From positions 48,732,001 to 48,796,000 of the forward strand of contig OZ336884.1 of NCBI GenBank assembly GCA_965287045.1: 64,000 nucleotides of DNA. The letters run 5' to 3'. The notes under the pieces are model-generated. The model ran no database searches. It was not told the origin of the DNA and saw only the letters and a program-made list of their open reading frames with translations. Source of the stretch: Carcharhinus amblyrhynchos. Taxonomy: Eukaryota. Shown piece by piece: positions 25,156 through 38,256 of the stretch (its first letter is position 1; each line of letters begins with the position of its first letter). The position numbers and the translations under genes were made by a program.

Positions 25156-25698
25156 TATGTGGTGAGTAGAGGTCCAAGCGTGGCATGGGCACCTTGCAGA
25201 TGATGGGCTCAGGAGAAGTGGTTGGATCAGGTAATTGACTTCCTCCTGAGGTACTAACATTTACTGTCTGGGTTGCAGACATCCTGTATGGTCTACAAAT
25301 GGGCTGGAGAGAGTGATACGAGTGTGCTGGACTGTTTTTTAAAACATTTAGCTGGGACTTTGAAACCAGTCAGCTGAGAGCGGGCAGACAAATCAACTGG
25401 CCCACCAGGAGAGTTGGAGGGGAACTCGCTTGTGCTTAATTAATAAGCTTCCAATTGTAGAATCTGGCACAGGATCATGCCATCCTGATCGATGGGACAA
25501 GTGCCACTGAGTCTCAAAATAGGAGAATTCTGCCTGTAGTTTAAAAAGAAGAAAATAGACCATTGTTATTTTGCCAAGTGTGAACATTCACAGATCTTTT
25601 CATTAGTTTTTGAAGATGTATACGTAACTAATTTATTACACACATCCCCTTTAACGCTATAAGCATAGCCACTGTATGATGATATCATTAAACATTTG

Positions 25699-25827
25699 GA
25701 CTGCAATTTTACTGTCCCCCCCCGCCACAGGAATTGGAACAGATGAGGGGTGAAGCATAGAAAAGTCCGTTGGCCTTGGATGGGATTTTACGGTTTTGGG
25801 ATGAGTGAGGACGTAAAGTCACGCCCT
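25699..25827. mobile_element. MITE family A copy (reverse)
   Basis: GGGATTTTACGGTTTTGGGATGAGTGAGG is close to the reverse complement of 768-797. Confidence 0.65.
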
Positions 25828-26770
25828 TGATCTAGTCACCTTGGTGTCAGTTTCTCTTTATATGTTCCTCCTAACACACAGCAGATTTTGGTGAAGATGG
25901 TGGGTTTAGAAATTAGTTACACAAAATGACAGTCGAAGCTGTGATGGATAAAATAATCTAGTTCCCAGTGGGTTAGCTGCTAGGATGGTAAAGATTTTAA
26001 TTGGGTTATACAAGATCTGATCTTCAAACTGTCTCCTCAGTGAATGGAATGCTGCATGGTTCAACTATTGACCACATAGCCTTTGACAAGTATGACATAT
26101 TACCCCACATCCCCACCCATGTTCAGATGCAACACAATTATTTTTATGAACTGAACCTGTAAAAAGGTCTGTTCTGCCCTTTACTAGTGCATAAAGTATT
26201 GGAGATGCAACGATTCCCTTACTTCTGTAATGAGACTGCATACCTCTCCCTTTGCTTGCCTCCTTCTGAAGATACATCATTCTCTTCTGTCTTCGCAACA
26301 GTTTTAGATGTAGGTTAAAAATGTACTTGCAAACCACAGTTCTGACCCTTTGATCATAAAATTTGGTCCAGACAGGCATGAGAAGGATTGTTGGCAGTAA
26401 ACATAAATTTAAAAAGGTCAGGTGACAAGAAATGTAACATGTTTGAACCAAAGGTTGTGTCACATATATGTAATATTTCCATCTGCTGTCTTTTGTTATT
26501 TATTAATTGTATATAACTGAAATCATTTCTCTGCCTTGATTGACAATGTCGTGGTTAATGTCAGCGTGTAACCCGACTGGTTGTACCCTTGTGCTAGACA
26601 TTCTGTTGAAAGCAGGTAATAGGTTTATTGGAGACGTGTGTGCCATGTTGATGATACCAAGCATTAGTGCTCAGCTTGGAAACCCAAATTCACAAGTGGA
26701 TTTGGTTATGTAACAGCAGACCACAACAAACAAAAACCAATAAAGTGCATGACATTGCTAACTATAGTGT

Positions 26771-27063
26771 TTAAGTTTATTTATTAGTGTCTGAAGTAGG
26801 CTTACATTAACACTGCAATGAAGTTACTGTGAAAATTCCCTAGTCGCCACACTCCGGCTCATGTCGGGTACACCGAGGGAGAATTTAGTATAGCCAATGC
26901 ACTAACCAGCATGTCTTTTGAACTGTGGGAGGAAAGCAGAGCACCTGGAGGAAACCCATGCAGACATGGAGAGAACATGCAGACTCCACATAGACAGTGA
27001 CCCAATCCCAGGTCCCTGGCACTGTGAGGCAGCAGTGCTAATCACTGTGCCACTGTGCTGCCC
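26771..27063 (-). mobile_element. V-SINE, tail B
   Basis: TTTAAGTTTATTTATTAGTG tail through CACTGTGCCACTGTGCTGCCC head. Confidence 0.92.
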
Positions 27064-27439
27064 AATGCATGTAATGTGTTGGTGGTAGATTTAGATTAAA
27101 GCTGAGTACAGAGAACATAAACACTAGAAGGACAAAATCCTTATGTTTTTATTTGTATATGGCTGGATCTTGTGAAAGGACTCAGGTGAGCGTTGATCGT
27201 AATATTTTTACAGTGAAGTGTATTTAGTGTGCTCTTGAATGATGAGGGTTGAATTGCAAAAGGTTGATTTGCTTTGGAATCACAACATGTTTAGGAAAAG
27301 CCTTGCAAGAGGCAGAATGCTTAAAAAAACTGTTAAAATCTATGGAGGCAGGTCTCCCAAATCATGAAGTCACAGTGAATATGCCATTAAAATCCAGAAT
27401 AAGTCAATCCCTATAATAATGTGGTCGCAAGAAGCCGAG

Positions 27440-27965
27440 TATTTTGTAGTGAATGCCTCAGCACCCGACTTGTCAAAGTCTTTCCATCATCTACAAAGCC
27501 CGAGTCAGGAGTGTGATATCACTCCTGCTCCAACAATTCTGCTCTCCTCTTGCTCCAACCACTCTCAGGCAGTACAAAATCATCCAGAAGAAAGCAGCAC
27601 CTTTGATTACCACTTCAGCCACCACCTTAAACACTGACTCTGTCCACCACCAGCATGTCAAGGCTCCATTTACAAGGTGCAACACAGCCAAGAATTCCTC
27701 AACAGAATTGATCAAACCCATCACCATTACCACCCAGAAGGACAAAGGCAGTAAGCACGTGGTACAGGCAAGTCACATGCTATCCTGATTGGAACTATAA
27801 TCTCCAGTCCTTCATCCTGACTGAGTAAAAATCTTGGAACTCCCTCGCTACCAGCATGTACCTTCACACAAGGACTATAGTGGTTCAAGAAGGCAGTTTC
27901 AAGGGAAGTTCAGTCTGAATACTGAGTGCTGGACTTATCAGCAATCTCCACATCCTGTGAATAAA
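27440..27965 (+). mobile_element. CR1 lineage B 3' fragment
   Basis: QSLSIIYKARVRSV...IIQKKAA peptide in ORF 27453-27788. Confidence 0.75.
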
Positions 27966-28136
27966 CAAAATAAGTAAATAAAAACCCACTGTTAACAATA
28001 ATTTCTGAAATCATTAATGAAATATCACAACTCCAGAACACTGTTGCGGTGCTGATGTCAATCTACAGTGGCATTTTAAATAGATGGTAATACTTAGTGA
28101 AGTATAAAGGTATGATATAATTAGTAAAAGCACCAA

Positions 28137-29760
28137 ATCATAGAATTGTTATGACGGAGGAAGAGGTCATTTGTCCCATCGTGTCTGCACCACCTCTCCA
28201 AATGATTAACATGACTTAGTGCTATTCCCCTGCCTTTTTATGTATCTCTGAACATTGTTTCTATTCAAGTAATCATCATTACCTTCTTGAATACCTCAGT
28301 TGAACCTACCTCCAGCACACCTTCAAGCAGTGCATTCCAGATCGGAACCACTCATGTGAGAAAGGCTTTTCTCACTTCACATTTGCTTCTTTTGCAAATC
28401 ACTTTAACTCTGTGCCCTCTCATCCTTGATCCTGTTATGCCTACTCTGTCCAGCCCCCTCATGATTTTGAACATCTCTATCAAATCTCCTCTTAGTCTTC
28501 ACTCCAAGGAGAACAATCTAAGCTTTTCCAATCTATCCTCATAACTGAAGTTTCTTATCCCAAACCATTCTTGTGAATTTCTTCTGCACTTTCATCCTTC
28601 CTATAGTATGGTACCCAGAACTGTACACAGCAGGGGCGATTTTCAGTTGGAGTTCACCATAGACGAAAATGGTAACGCTGGTGGAAAAACCCACAAGACT
28701 GCAGGAATAAAAATCTTCGTGGGGTGGCAAGATCTCATTCTGAGATTTTTCCACCCCTCAGCAGTGACACAATGAGTTTCCTGCCCAGAAAGGGTTCGGG
28801 CCTCATTTAGATAAATTTAAATATCACCTTGTTGCCCATTCACTTAACCTGACAATATCTCTTTAGTTTAGTTTATTTATTAGTGTCACAGCAGGCTTAT
28901 ATTAACACTGCAATGAAGTTACTGTAAAAATTCCCGAGTTGCCACACACCGGCACCTGTTCAGGTACATTCAGGGAGATTTTAGCATGGCCAATGCACTT
29001 AGCCAGCACATTTTTCAGGCTGTGGAAGGAAACCAGGGCACCAAGAGGAAACCCACACAGACATGGGAAGAATGTGCAGACTCCATACGGAGAGTGACCC
29101 AAGCCAGGAATCAAACCTGGGTCCCTGGCACTGTGAGGCAGCAGTGCTAATCACTGTGCCACCATGCTGTCCGCCCTTTGGGTGCTCCTCACAGCTTGCA
29201 TTTCTATTTAGCTTTGCAGAAAGCCTAGATGCAATGCTCTTTGACTCTTTGTTTAGGTTATTCATATAAAGTACAAACAGCTTAGGCCAGCACTGATCCT
29301 TAAAACACTCCGCTGACCATTGCCCACCAACTTGAAAGTGCCCCCCCTATCCCTCGTCTCTGCTTCCTGTGCTATATCATCACCAACTCTATTAGCGCTT
29401 ATTGTGTGCATTAACCTTTTCAAATGTCTTTTGGAAATCAAAGTATACTACATTTAACTGGTTTCCCCTTTACCTATCCTACCAGTTACACCCTCAAAAC
29501 ACTGCAATAAATTTGTCAAACATGATTTCCCTTTTATAGAATCAGAGAATCATAGAATTTACAGCACAGAGACAGGCCCTTCGGCCCAAACCTATCAACG
29601 CCGACCATAAAGCTCATCTGAGCTAACCCCATTTGCCAAAGCAAAGCCTTTCATAAAAACACATTGCCTTGCTCTAACATACTATGCTTTACGAACTGCA
29701 ATGATAAAGATTCCAGCACTTTCCTGATATCTGATGTTAGGCTAACTGACTTGTAGCCCC
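28137..29760 (-). mobile_element. Old CR1 fragments (28137-28630, 29205-29760) with nested TIR-element arm, SINE and LINE tail
   Basis: ATCATAGAAT tail; decayed RT motifs; small tail insert 29537-29645 flanked by CCTTTTATA/CCTTTCATA. Confidence 0.75.
28863..29174 (-). mobile_element. V-SINE, tail B
   Basis: Same structure as 26771-27063. Confidence 0.92.
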
Positions 29761-30169
29761 CTTTTTTTCCCTCTTCCTCCATTTGCTAAATTTCAATCTG
29801 CTGGGATTGTTTCAAAATTGAAGGAATTTTGGAACAAATGCCTCCACATCTTCACAGTTAGCGCTTACTGGGCAGGAAGTCCAAATAGCGAATGAACCAT
29901 GTTGTGGTTGCTTGCTGATTTCTGGGTGAGAGAAATTTCCCTTGTTCAAAGACGGTCAGTGCATAATCGATGGACGCAGCATTGTGAAGTTGGGTAGCTG
30001 GCTGAATCCTTCTGACTTCTCGACAAATAAGTCAGTGAATACTACCCTGTGCTTCGCCCACCTCTTCCATCACTCATTTGTGGCCTCAGTCCTTTGGCAA
30101 TGTTGGACCTTTGGTGGATGTTTTACTGGCAGCAGCCATTACATACCTGGTAGCACTGCAGAGCAATGG

Positions 30170-31211
30170 AGAATAACGGTTCCGATGCGCCACAGCAAAA
30201 AACCGCACCGACCTCCTCAGAAGACAAACACAGGACACGGTGGACAGAGTACCCTTCGTCGTCCAGTACTTCCCTGGAGCGGAGAAGCTACGACATCTTC
30301 TCCAGAGTCTTCAACATATCATTGATGAAGACGAACATCTCGCCAGGGCCATCCCCACACCCCCACTTCTTGCCTTCAAACAACTGCACAACCTCAAACA
30401 GACCATTGTTCGCAGCAAACTACCCAGCCTTCAGGAGAACACAATACCACACAAGCCTGCCACAGCAACCTCTGCAAGACATGGCGGATCATCAACATGG
30501 ATGACATCATCACACGTGAGAATACCATCCACCAGGTACATGGTAAATACTCTTGCAACTCGGCCAAAGTTGTCTACTTAATAACGTTGCAAGAAGGGAT
30601 GTCCCGAAACGTGGTACGTTGGGGAGACCATGCAGACGCTATGACAACGGATGAATGAACATCGCTCGACAATCACCAGGCAAGACTGTTCCCTTCCTGT
30701 TGGCGAACTCTTCAGTGGTCTTGGGCATTCAGCCTCTGACCTTCGGGTAAGCATTCTCCAAGGCGGCCTTCATGACACACGACAGTGCAGAGTCACTGAG
30801 CAGAGACTGATAGCCAAGTTCCACACACATGAGGATGGTCTCAACAAGGATCCTGGGTTCATGTCGCACTATCTGTAACCCCCGTGACTTGCCTGGGTTT
30901 GTAAAACCTCACTTACTGTACTGTCTGGAGACAATACACATCTCTTTAAACTGTGATCAGTGCTCCTTCCACACATATTGTCAGCCACTTTAGGACTTGA
31001 ACAGCAGGTTAGGTGTAAAGATTCGCATTCTAATTAGTAATCTGTAAACAGTGCTTTATATGCTCTGTCTGAGGCCAGAACTCTCCATTCACCTGAAGAA
31101 GAGCTTAACCTTGTGAGTTTACTATCAAATAAATCGGTTGGACTAAAACCTGGTGTTGTCAGAGTTTTTACTGTGTTTACCCCAGTCCAATGCCGGCATA
31201 TCCACATCATT
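30170..31211 (+). mobile_element. 5'-truncated Penelope-like element with GIY-YIG endonuclease and pseudo-LTR
   Basis: DRVPFVVQYFPG thumb region; VVYLI...WYVGET...RMNEHR...EQRLIAKF.T..DGLN GIY-YIG signature; stop and frameshifts present; pLTR 30880-31211. Confidence 0.9.
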
Positions 31212-31428
31212 CTTGATCTCAAGCAGCTCATGACTTTGTGTCTGTTAGTGGGCTTCATAGCTCACTTTCTGTGCTGTTTTCGGACACTACGTTCAGTAAA
31301 ATGGATGATAATTAAATCCACCAATCACAGAAAATACCAGAATTCTCTGTCAAAAGTAGTGCTATTATCTTTCAACACATTGTGTGGATTCTGTTCCACT
31401 GTATTTAAATGCGGACCAAAAGAGTTCT

Positions 31429-31573
31429 AAGAACATAAGAACATAAGAAATAGGAGCAGGAGTAGGCCATCTAGCCCTTCGAGCCTGCCCCGCCATTCAA
31501 TAAGATCATGGCTGATCTGTTGTGGCTCAGTTCCACTTTCCCGCCCTCTCCCCATAACCCTTAATCCCCCTCT
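31429..31573 (-). mobile_element. Young CR1, 145-bp 3' end
   Basis: Near-identical to 31753-31897. Confidence 0.92.
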
Positions 31574-31752
31574 GCTCCATTACCCCTTTGAAGTGACTGT
31601 TTATATTATTCCTCCTTCTCTTGGATGTACTCAGGATTCACACCCTCAAAGTGTTGTCCCAATGGGCTTCCTGTTGCTGCTGCCCCAGTCTATTGATTTT
31701 CCTTTGCATTGTGGTCTGATTACAGATAGTATAGCAGAGAAAATTCTAATTC

Positions 31753-32455
31753 AAGAACATAAGAACATAAGAAATAGGAGCAGGAGTAGGCCATCTACCC
31801 CTTCGAGCCTGCCCCGCCATTCAATAAGATCATGGCTGATCTGTCGCTGCTCAGTTCCACTTTCCCGCCCTCTCCCCATAACCCTTAATCCCCTCTCTTA
31901 TCAAAAACCCATCAACCCGCGTCTTAAAAATATTTAGCGAGGCAGCCTCCACCACTTCAACGGGCAGAGAATTCCAGAGATTCACCACCCTTTGAGTGAA
32001 GAAGTTCCTCCTCAACTCCGTTCTAAACTGCCCCCCTTTTATCTTGAGGCTGTGCCCCTTAGTCCTACTGTCTTTTTTGAGCGGGAAGAGTCTCTCCACC
32101 TCTATCCAATCCATCCCATTCATCATCTTATACGTCTCAATGAGATCTCCCCTCATTCTTCTAAACTCTACTGAGTACAAGCCCAGTTTATTCAGCCTCT
32201 CCTCATAGCTCAACCCCCTCAACCCCGGTATCAGCCTAGTAAACCTCCTCTGCACTCCCTCCAAGGCCAAAATATCTTTGCGCAGGTGTGGCGCCCAAAA
32301 CTGCACACAGTACTCCAGCTGTGGCCTCACCAGTGTCCTGTACAGTTGCAGCAAGACCTCCCTACTTTTATATTCAATCCCCCTCGCTATGAAGGCCAGC
32401 ATCCCATTCGCCTTCCTGACCACCTGCTGCACCTGCAAGCTGGGTTTTTGCGAGT
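31753..32455 (-). mobile_element. Young CR1/HER1-like LINE, 5'-truncated
   Basis: Uninterrupted 195-aa ORF2 C-terminus (31851-32438) plus (CATAAGAA)n tail. Confidence 0.95.
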
Positions 32456-32879
32456 GAAGTTAACTTTCATAAATTTGTTAATGTATACTGGCAAATGATG
32501 GTGACATTTAACTGCTCTTGAGGTGCATTTTTATATATTTTATATTTTTGTTAAAAATGATTTTAAAATATATTTATGTCATTATCTGAAACTGGTTGAA
32601 AATTGAAGCAGGGTTGCAAACACAAAGTGTTTTTTTCTTCATTGGAAATTACTCTGCATGAATCACAAATGGTCTGACAAGAGCTAAAAGGAAAGTTGAA
32701 CGATTTTGCTTCATGTTAAAAAGACTGGATATAAATTGATGGAACAGTGCAAGATTTTGTCAGATTTAAATTGCTAATTAAATCACTGAAACTGAAGAGA
32801 GACTTTCATCATCCCAAGATTTTACAATATTTCCATTGCTGTTACATGTTAACAGCAAGTTCAAATTGGACTTTAGGGG

Positions 32880-33212
32880 AAGTGATGATACTCGGGGGCC
32901 TGGACTTAATTCCCACCTTAGGGAAATTTGAAATTCAATAAAGAGATCTGGAATTACAAATGTAATTATGACATGAAGTCACTGTTTTTTTTGTTGCAAA
33001 AAACCCATCTGGTTCACTGATGCCCTTTCTGGAAGGAAATCTGCCGTCCTTACCTGGTCTGGCCTACACATGACTCCAGACTCACAACAATGTGGTTGAC
33101 TGTTAACTGTCCTGCTGACCTAGCAAGTCACTCAGTTCAAGGGCAATTACGGATGGAGAATAAATGCTGGTCTTGCCAGTGACACCCACATCCCATGGAA
33201 AGTTTAAAAAAA
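32880..33212 (+). mobile_element. SINE type C (tail shared with CR1 lineage B)
   Basis: AAAAACCCATCTGGTTCACT...GGAAGGAAATCTGCCGTCCTTACCTGG core; AGGGCAATTA.GGATGG..AATAAATGCTGG tail. Confidence 0.8.
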
Positions 33213-34029
33213 ACAATGGCCAGAAAAGATAACTGAGTAAAATGACATAAACCAGTAACAGACAGCAAGAAGATATTGTACACAAAGGATTAAGCACCCA
33301 AACACATTCATGAAAATTCCAAATATAAGGGATAGTATTTAATTACACTGTATTATATCAAAAATAAGTGATTTGTATTTGCAGAGTTTCTCTTTCTTTA
33401 CTGGCTTTGACCTCTACTTTCTGCCTCATAGACAGTAGAATTGTTGTTGGCTTTTCCCACTTCTCAGTCGACCACATCTGGTGTTCTAAAATAATTTGCC
33501 AATTAAGTGAGTATTTAACTTTTTAAGTGCTGTGACTGTAAAAGAATCATGTAGACAAGTTTTCTAACAGGTTTTGAAAGAGAAAAAATAGTATTTATTG
33601 TAACTAACAATAATAAAAAAACACTCCAACTCTAAAACACTCATGCATTCAAGAAATTTGCACACACATAGAGGTAAGTTTCAAAGAGGAAGGGGTTGTA
33701 AATGTTTTAAGAACCCCAGAAGAAAATCATTCATATATGGATCCTCAGATGGATGACTACCAGCTTCAGACTGGGTTTGATTAACTTTCTGGATTCTATG
33801 TCCAGATGATTTAAAATGTTAATGAACAATTTCTGTCTTGGCTCATGTTAAAGAGACTTCCTGTGGTATTTGACTGGTCAGAATACAGTCAGGGCACATT
33901 CGCAGAGTGGCTGGTGAGAAAGAGAAAGAGAAAGGGGGCAATGAGTCTTGTACTGAGTTGGATGTGATGTGCCTCGATTGGGTGTGTTTTTGATGGGAGA
34001 GCATTACATAAAAATTGGACAGGTGCCCA

Positions 34030-34815
34030 GTGCAACATCTTTCCAGCCATCCCCAAGCCCTCCCCCATAACATAATAGGTGGGCAGGTGCCAAAATCAGC
34101 ACTCTGTCCACCATTTGTAAATGAATAATTGAGGGTCAATTGAACTTTCAGCCAGCTGACTCTGATAAAACACTGCCTTTTCCATGATATGGTTGATGCG
34201 GGCAGGCAAGCAGAAACGGGCAGCCAAATTTTTGGAAAAAATGTTATAAGAGCAGCAAGAAAGGGGAGACGATCTTTGGTGAAGTCCCTCTAAGGCAGCA
34301 ACCCTCTTCCTTCCTATTTACTGCTCTCCAAAGCCCATTATCCTCCCCCAGCCCCTAAATTTGGCAAAACGCACCTTGTCCAATAGCCTGGACTTACCTC
34401 ACTCTGGGATCCATTTGGGACTGGTTATAGTCCCAACTATTCAGTTCTTGATGTTCCTGGAACTGCTGACCAATCCTACCCACTGTGTTGTGTGTCTGCT
34501 TCCGCAGAGCTAAGAGGCTTCCACCTAACTTTCATTCTGGGATGGGACAGGGGTTGGGATGGAGGAGGGGAGGGAGGGAAATGAGCCATTTCTACCACCT
34601 CACCTCCCCACTTCTCATAAAATGCAGCCCATAGTCTCTCTGCACACGGACTGTGAAAATCACAAAGTCCAGAATTTTCCAGCCTTTCCCACCAATAGCA
34701 AACCCCCAGTGCAGGAAACCTCAGTGACAACAACTGGCCCAGAATATCCCACCGCCAGCCAATGGCAGGCTATCTCAAATACATGGCGAGAGAATAGGGG
34801 AAGAAAATCCTGCCC
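34030..34815. mobile_element. Decayed TIR element(s)
   Basis: GC-richer block ending GAAAATCCTGCCC, the terminal motif of the other elements; left end unclear. Confidence 0.4.
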
Positions 34816-35327
34816 AAAGAGTAAGCTTATCACATGGCTTTCATTCATAAACTGGCAAGTTTCCAGATACAGTCAATAAGCTGGGAAACCCACATTCTAA
34901 ATCCAGTGTTTGAAGTGGTTAGATTACATGGCTGGGGTTTGGTAAGGTGATTCCCTACTCATCAGTGTCCATTATCCAAAGTGATTTAGTCTAATGGCTT
35001 CATCTGCATTCTCTTGAATGCACAGGTTATACTGGAAGTTTTGCAAATGGTTCAGGAGATGGGTCACAAGAACTCATTTAAGTTGCTGTTCTCTGTTGCA
35101 GTTTTTCAACACAGCCCAACTCTGTATTGACAGCTTTGTAACTGGCAAGATGTAGTTACATCAGTGCTTGACAATCTTAGGAACTGCTGTTTAAGCCACT
35201 CAAAATACTTTTGTTCAGTTTTTAAAAAATATACTTCAGTCTACTCAATACACAAGCCATTTTGGTTATAAAATACGTTTTCATTATAAAGCATTTGAAA
35301 ATCAAAAAAATTCTAACCCCTGTCTCA

Positions 35328-35567
35328 CCCTCAACCCCGGTATCAGCCTAGTAAACCTCCTCTGCACTCCCTCCAAGGCCAAAATATCTTTGCGCAGGTG
35401 TGGCGCCCAAAACTGCACACAGTACTCCAGCTGTGGCCTCACCAGTGTCCTGTACAGTTGCAGCAAGACCTCCCTACTTTTATATTCAATCCCCCTCGCT
35501 ATGAAGGCCAGCATCCCATTCGCCTTCCTGACCACCTGCTGCACCTGCAAGCTGGGTTTTTGCGAGT
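35328..35567 (-). mobile_element. Tailless 240-bp CR1 piece identical to 32216-32455
   Basis: No difference found on base-by-base reading. Confidence 0.92.
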
Positions 35568-35719
35568 ATTTCAGATAAATCAATGAGCTGGTGTTTCGTC
35601 TTATTCCCACACAAAATCAGAAGGTTAGAAAACAGGAAAAATAAATTAGGCCTATGGCTGATCCTGTACGCCAAACTCCATTTTAACCCTTCAAGCACAT
35701 TGATAGGTCTTTGATGAAT

Positions 35720-36430
35720 CCTGCTTTCAAGATGGTTTAAATTTTAAATCTCCACAAGGAGTTCTTGTCCTGTTGAGGTGCAGTCTATCTCTCTTACATG
35801 GTTTCTATCTCCACTGGAACTGGTCCCCAGTATCCCAGGAATCTAAAGCTCATTCTCCTGCACTATCTGCTCTATCTTCCTTGTTTTTTTGCTCACAATA
35901 CCATGGCACTGGGAGTAATCTTGAGATTACTCACTTTGAGATTGTATATGTTGGTCTCTTTCTAATCATCTACAATATACCTGCAGAACCTTGTTCTCCT
36001 TTCAACCTATATTATTGATACCAATACAGAAACTGCCTCTGGCCATTCACCCTTCAAATGCTTGATAGTCGCTCAGTGTCATCACTGACCCTGGCACCAG
36101 GGAAACAAGATACCAACAGGAATTCACCAGAGAATTACCTGCTTTTTCTCCAACCATAGAATTTCCTATCACTATTGCTTTCCCAATCTTCCTCTGTTTG
36201 CAATACACTACCTGTCTGATCCTTCCAGTTTGCCACCCATTCCGGCTCTGCCTGCACATCCTTAAATTGTGAGCTGATCACATCTGGAACATACTATCCA
36301 CACAGTACTCCACAGTGATGCCAGCTGCTGCTCGAGTTTCTCCAGCTGTTGACACTTCCTTCATTTGTGGTTGTCCAGGACACAAGATAAATGCTCAAAG
36401 GACTGAGATGCCCTGGCCCACCTCTATTTG
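35720..36430 (-). pseudogene. CR1 ORF1 remnant (zinc finger/coiled coil + SGNH esterase)
   Basis: Minus-strand peptides RKCQQLEKLEQQLASL, KAIVIGNSMV (GDS block), PGARVSD, VISRLLPVP. Confidence 0.7.
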
Positions 36431-37219
36431 TTAGAGTACCAACTAAATTAAGTTTCTTAAGACTTTAAGAAACACTCAGCAGTTACCCATCAATTTGCTG
36501 TTTCCCTTTTGCTGACGTCACATTATTCTATGAGTAGGCTAACTCAAGCGTTTTACTTCACTTTTGATGTTTATATGTCTCAGATGTTAATTCAAATTTA
36601 AAGAATTGGTGCCTTTAACATACTATCCTAGGTTATTTAATTTTTCCTTTCACCCCTAGATCTAGTCAATTAAACACTGATACACTGATTGTGATTCTAT
36701 GATAATGTACGCAATATACAGTGTATAAAAATATGAATATTTAACATTCATGTTTATGCATTGTTACAGATAGGGAAGAGGTGATAGGCATGATTGCCCT
36801 TCGTTTTGTGTTTACCCACTGACCTAAAACAGCATTTTTAAAACAGACGTTTCATCTCCTGAATGCTTTAATAGTCAGGAATGGACAAATGACAGGTTTT
36901 GATAAGTTTAAAAAGAAAGATAAATGTTTATTGTTCAACACCCAAATATACACAACACCACCCATGTGCACGTTCACACACACAAGCTTTCAGGAAAAGA
37001 TTGCGATTATAAAAATATCATGCATTTATGTTTTTTGTTACCTCTGGGGTAAAAACTTGAAGCAATTCAGGCCTTAAATCCACTTTATATCAAAAGCAGA
37101 AAAGCTCTGGTAGTTTAGGAGGACAGATTAGCTGTTGTTTTATGTTTGTTTAACCATTTCTCTTATTATAGTGCAGTCAAGGTGCAATAGTGGGACCCAG
37201 GCATGTTCCTCAAATAGAA

Positions 37220-37511
37220 ATCATAGAATTGTAGAACCCCTACAGTGCAGAAGGAAGCCATTTAGCCCATCAAGTCTGCACCAACTCTCCAACAGAGCAT
37301 CTTACCCAGGCCCATCCCCAATCCCCAGCCCATACATTTAGCATGGCCAATCCACCTAACCAGCACATCTTTGGATTGTGGGAGGAAACCGGAGCACCTG
37401 AAGGAAATCCACGCAGACACAGGGAGAATGTACAAACTTCACAGTCACCCGAGGTTAGATTGAACCTGGGTCCCTGACAGCAATGCTAACTACTGTGTTT
37501 CCGTGCCACCC
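37220..37511 (-). mobile_element. V-SINE, tail A
   Basis: CATAGAA..GTAGAACCCCTACAGTGCAGAAGG tail; V-domain; head. Confidence 0.88.
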
Positions 37512-37573
37512 AAATTCAAAATGATTTCATATGTCAGCTTATGTCTGGCTTAAGAGCAGGTGTTCTTAGACAG

Positions 37574-38175
37574 AGGCTAGAATTTTCTGGCTGTTCACTC
37601 TGGCAAGATCTTCTGGTTCAGCCAACAGACCACTCCCACCGTGGGTTTTCCGACGCTCTGAAATGCAATCAGTGGGAAATGCCCTTGACACTGGTGGAAC
37701 CAGAAGACATATGAAGAGAGATTGGATTGACTGGGCTTGTACTCATTAGGATTTACAAGAATGAGAGTGGATTTCGTGGAAACATAAAAAACCCTGATGG
37801 GACTGGGCAGGCTAGATGCAGGATCAATGTTGGAGAAGTCCAGAACTAGGGGTCACAGTCTAAGAATAAGGGGTAAGCCATTCAGGACTGAGATGAGGAG
37901 GAACATATTCATTCAGAGAGTTGTGAACCTGTGGAATTCTCTACCACAGAAAGCTACTGGGGCCAGTTTGTTAGACATGTTCAAGAGAGAGCTGGAAGTG
38001 GCCCTCATGGCTTAAGATAACAAGGGGCATGGAGAGAAAGGGGGAGTGGGAGACTGAAAGTGCATGATCAGCCATGATCATGGCCTACTCCTGCACCTAT
38101 TTTCTATGTTTCTATGTTTCTATCCTGCTGCCAGTGAATGGCAACACGCTACGGGAAGGCCAGAGAATCCCTCCA
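37574..38175. mobile_element. Short TIR element interrupted by a CR1 fragment
   Basis: GGCTAGAATTTTCTGG ... CCAGAGAATCCCTCC. Confidence 0.55.
37708..38122 (+). mobile_element. CR1 3' fragment
   Basis: ORF 37797-38015 TRGHSLRIRG...QRVVNLWNSLP; (TTTCTATG)n tail. Confidence 0.9.
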
Positions 38176-38256
38176 GGGTCGTTTCTGTTTGTTGGCATAA
38201 ATGTTTCTGCCTTTCTGACCAGAAATTGTCTTAGTAAAACATTTATCAGAAACCCT

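Larger units (their letters stand above)
23845..25535. mobile_element. Internally deleted Harbinger-like TIR element with nested SINE and LINE tail
   Basis: AGGTGGAATCTCCC ... GGAGAATTCTGCCT inverted ends; ATTTGCAT motif as in sister elements. Confidence 0.55.

Noticed and set aside
26065-26463. Minus-strand exon with AG|GTATGC donor near 26245
   Set aside because: No convincing acceptor and no recognisable peptide
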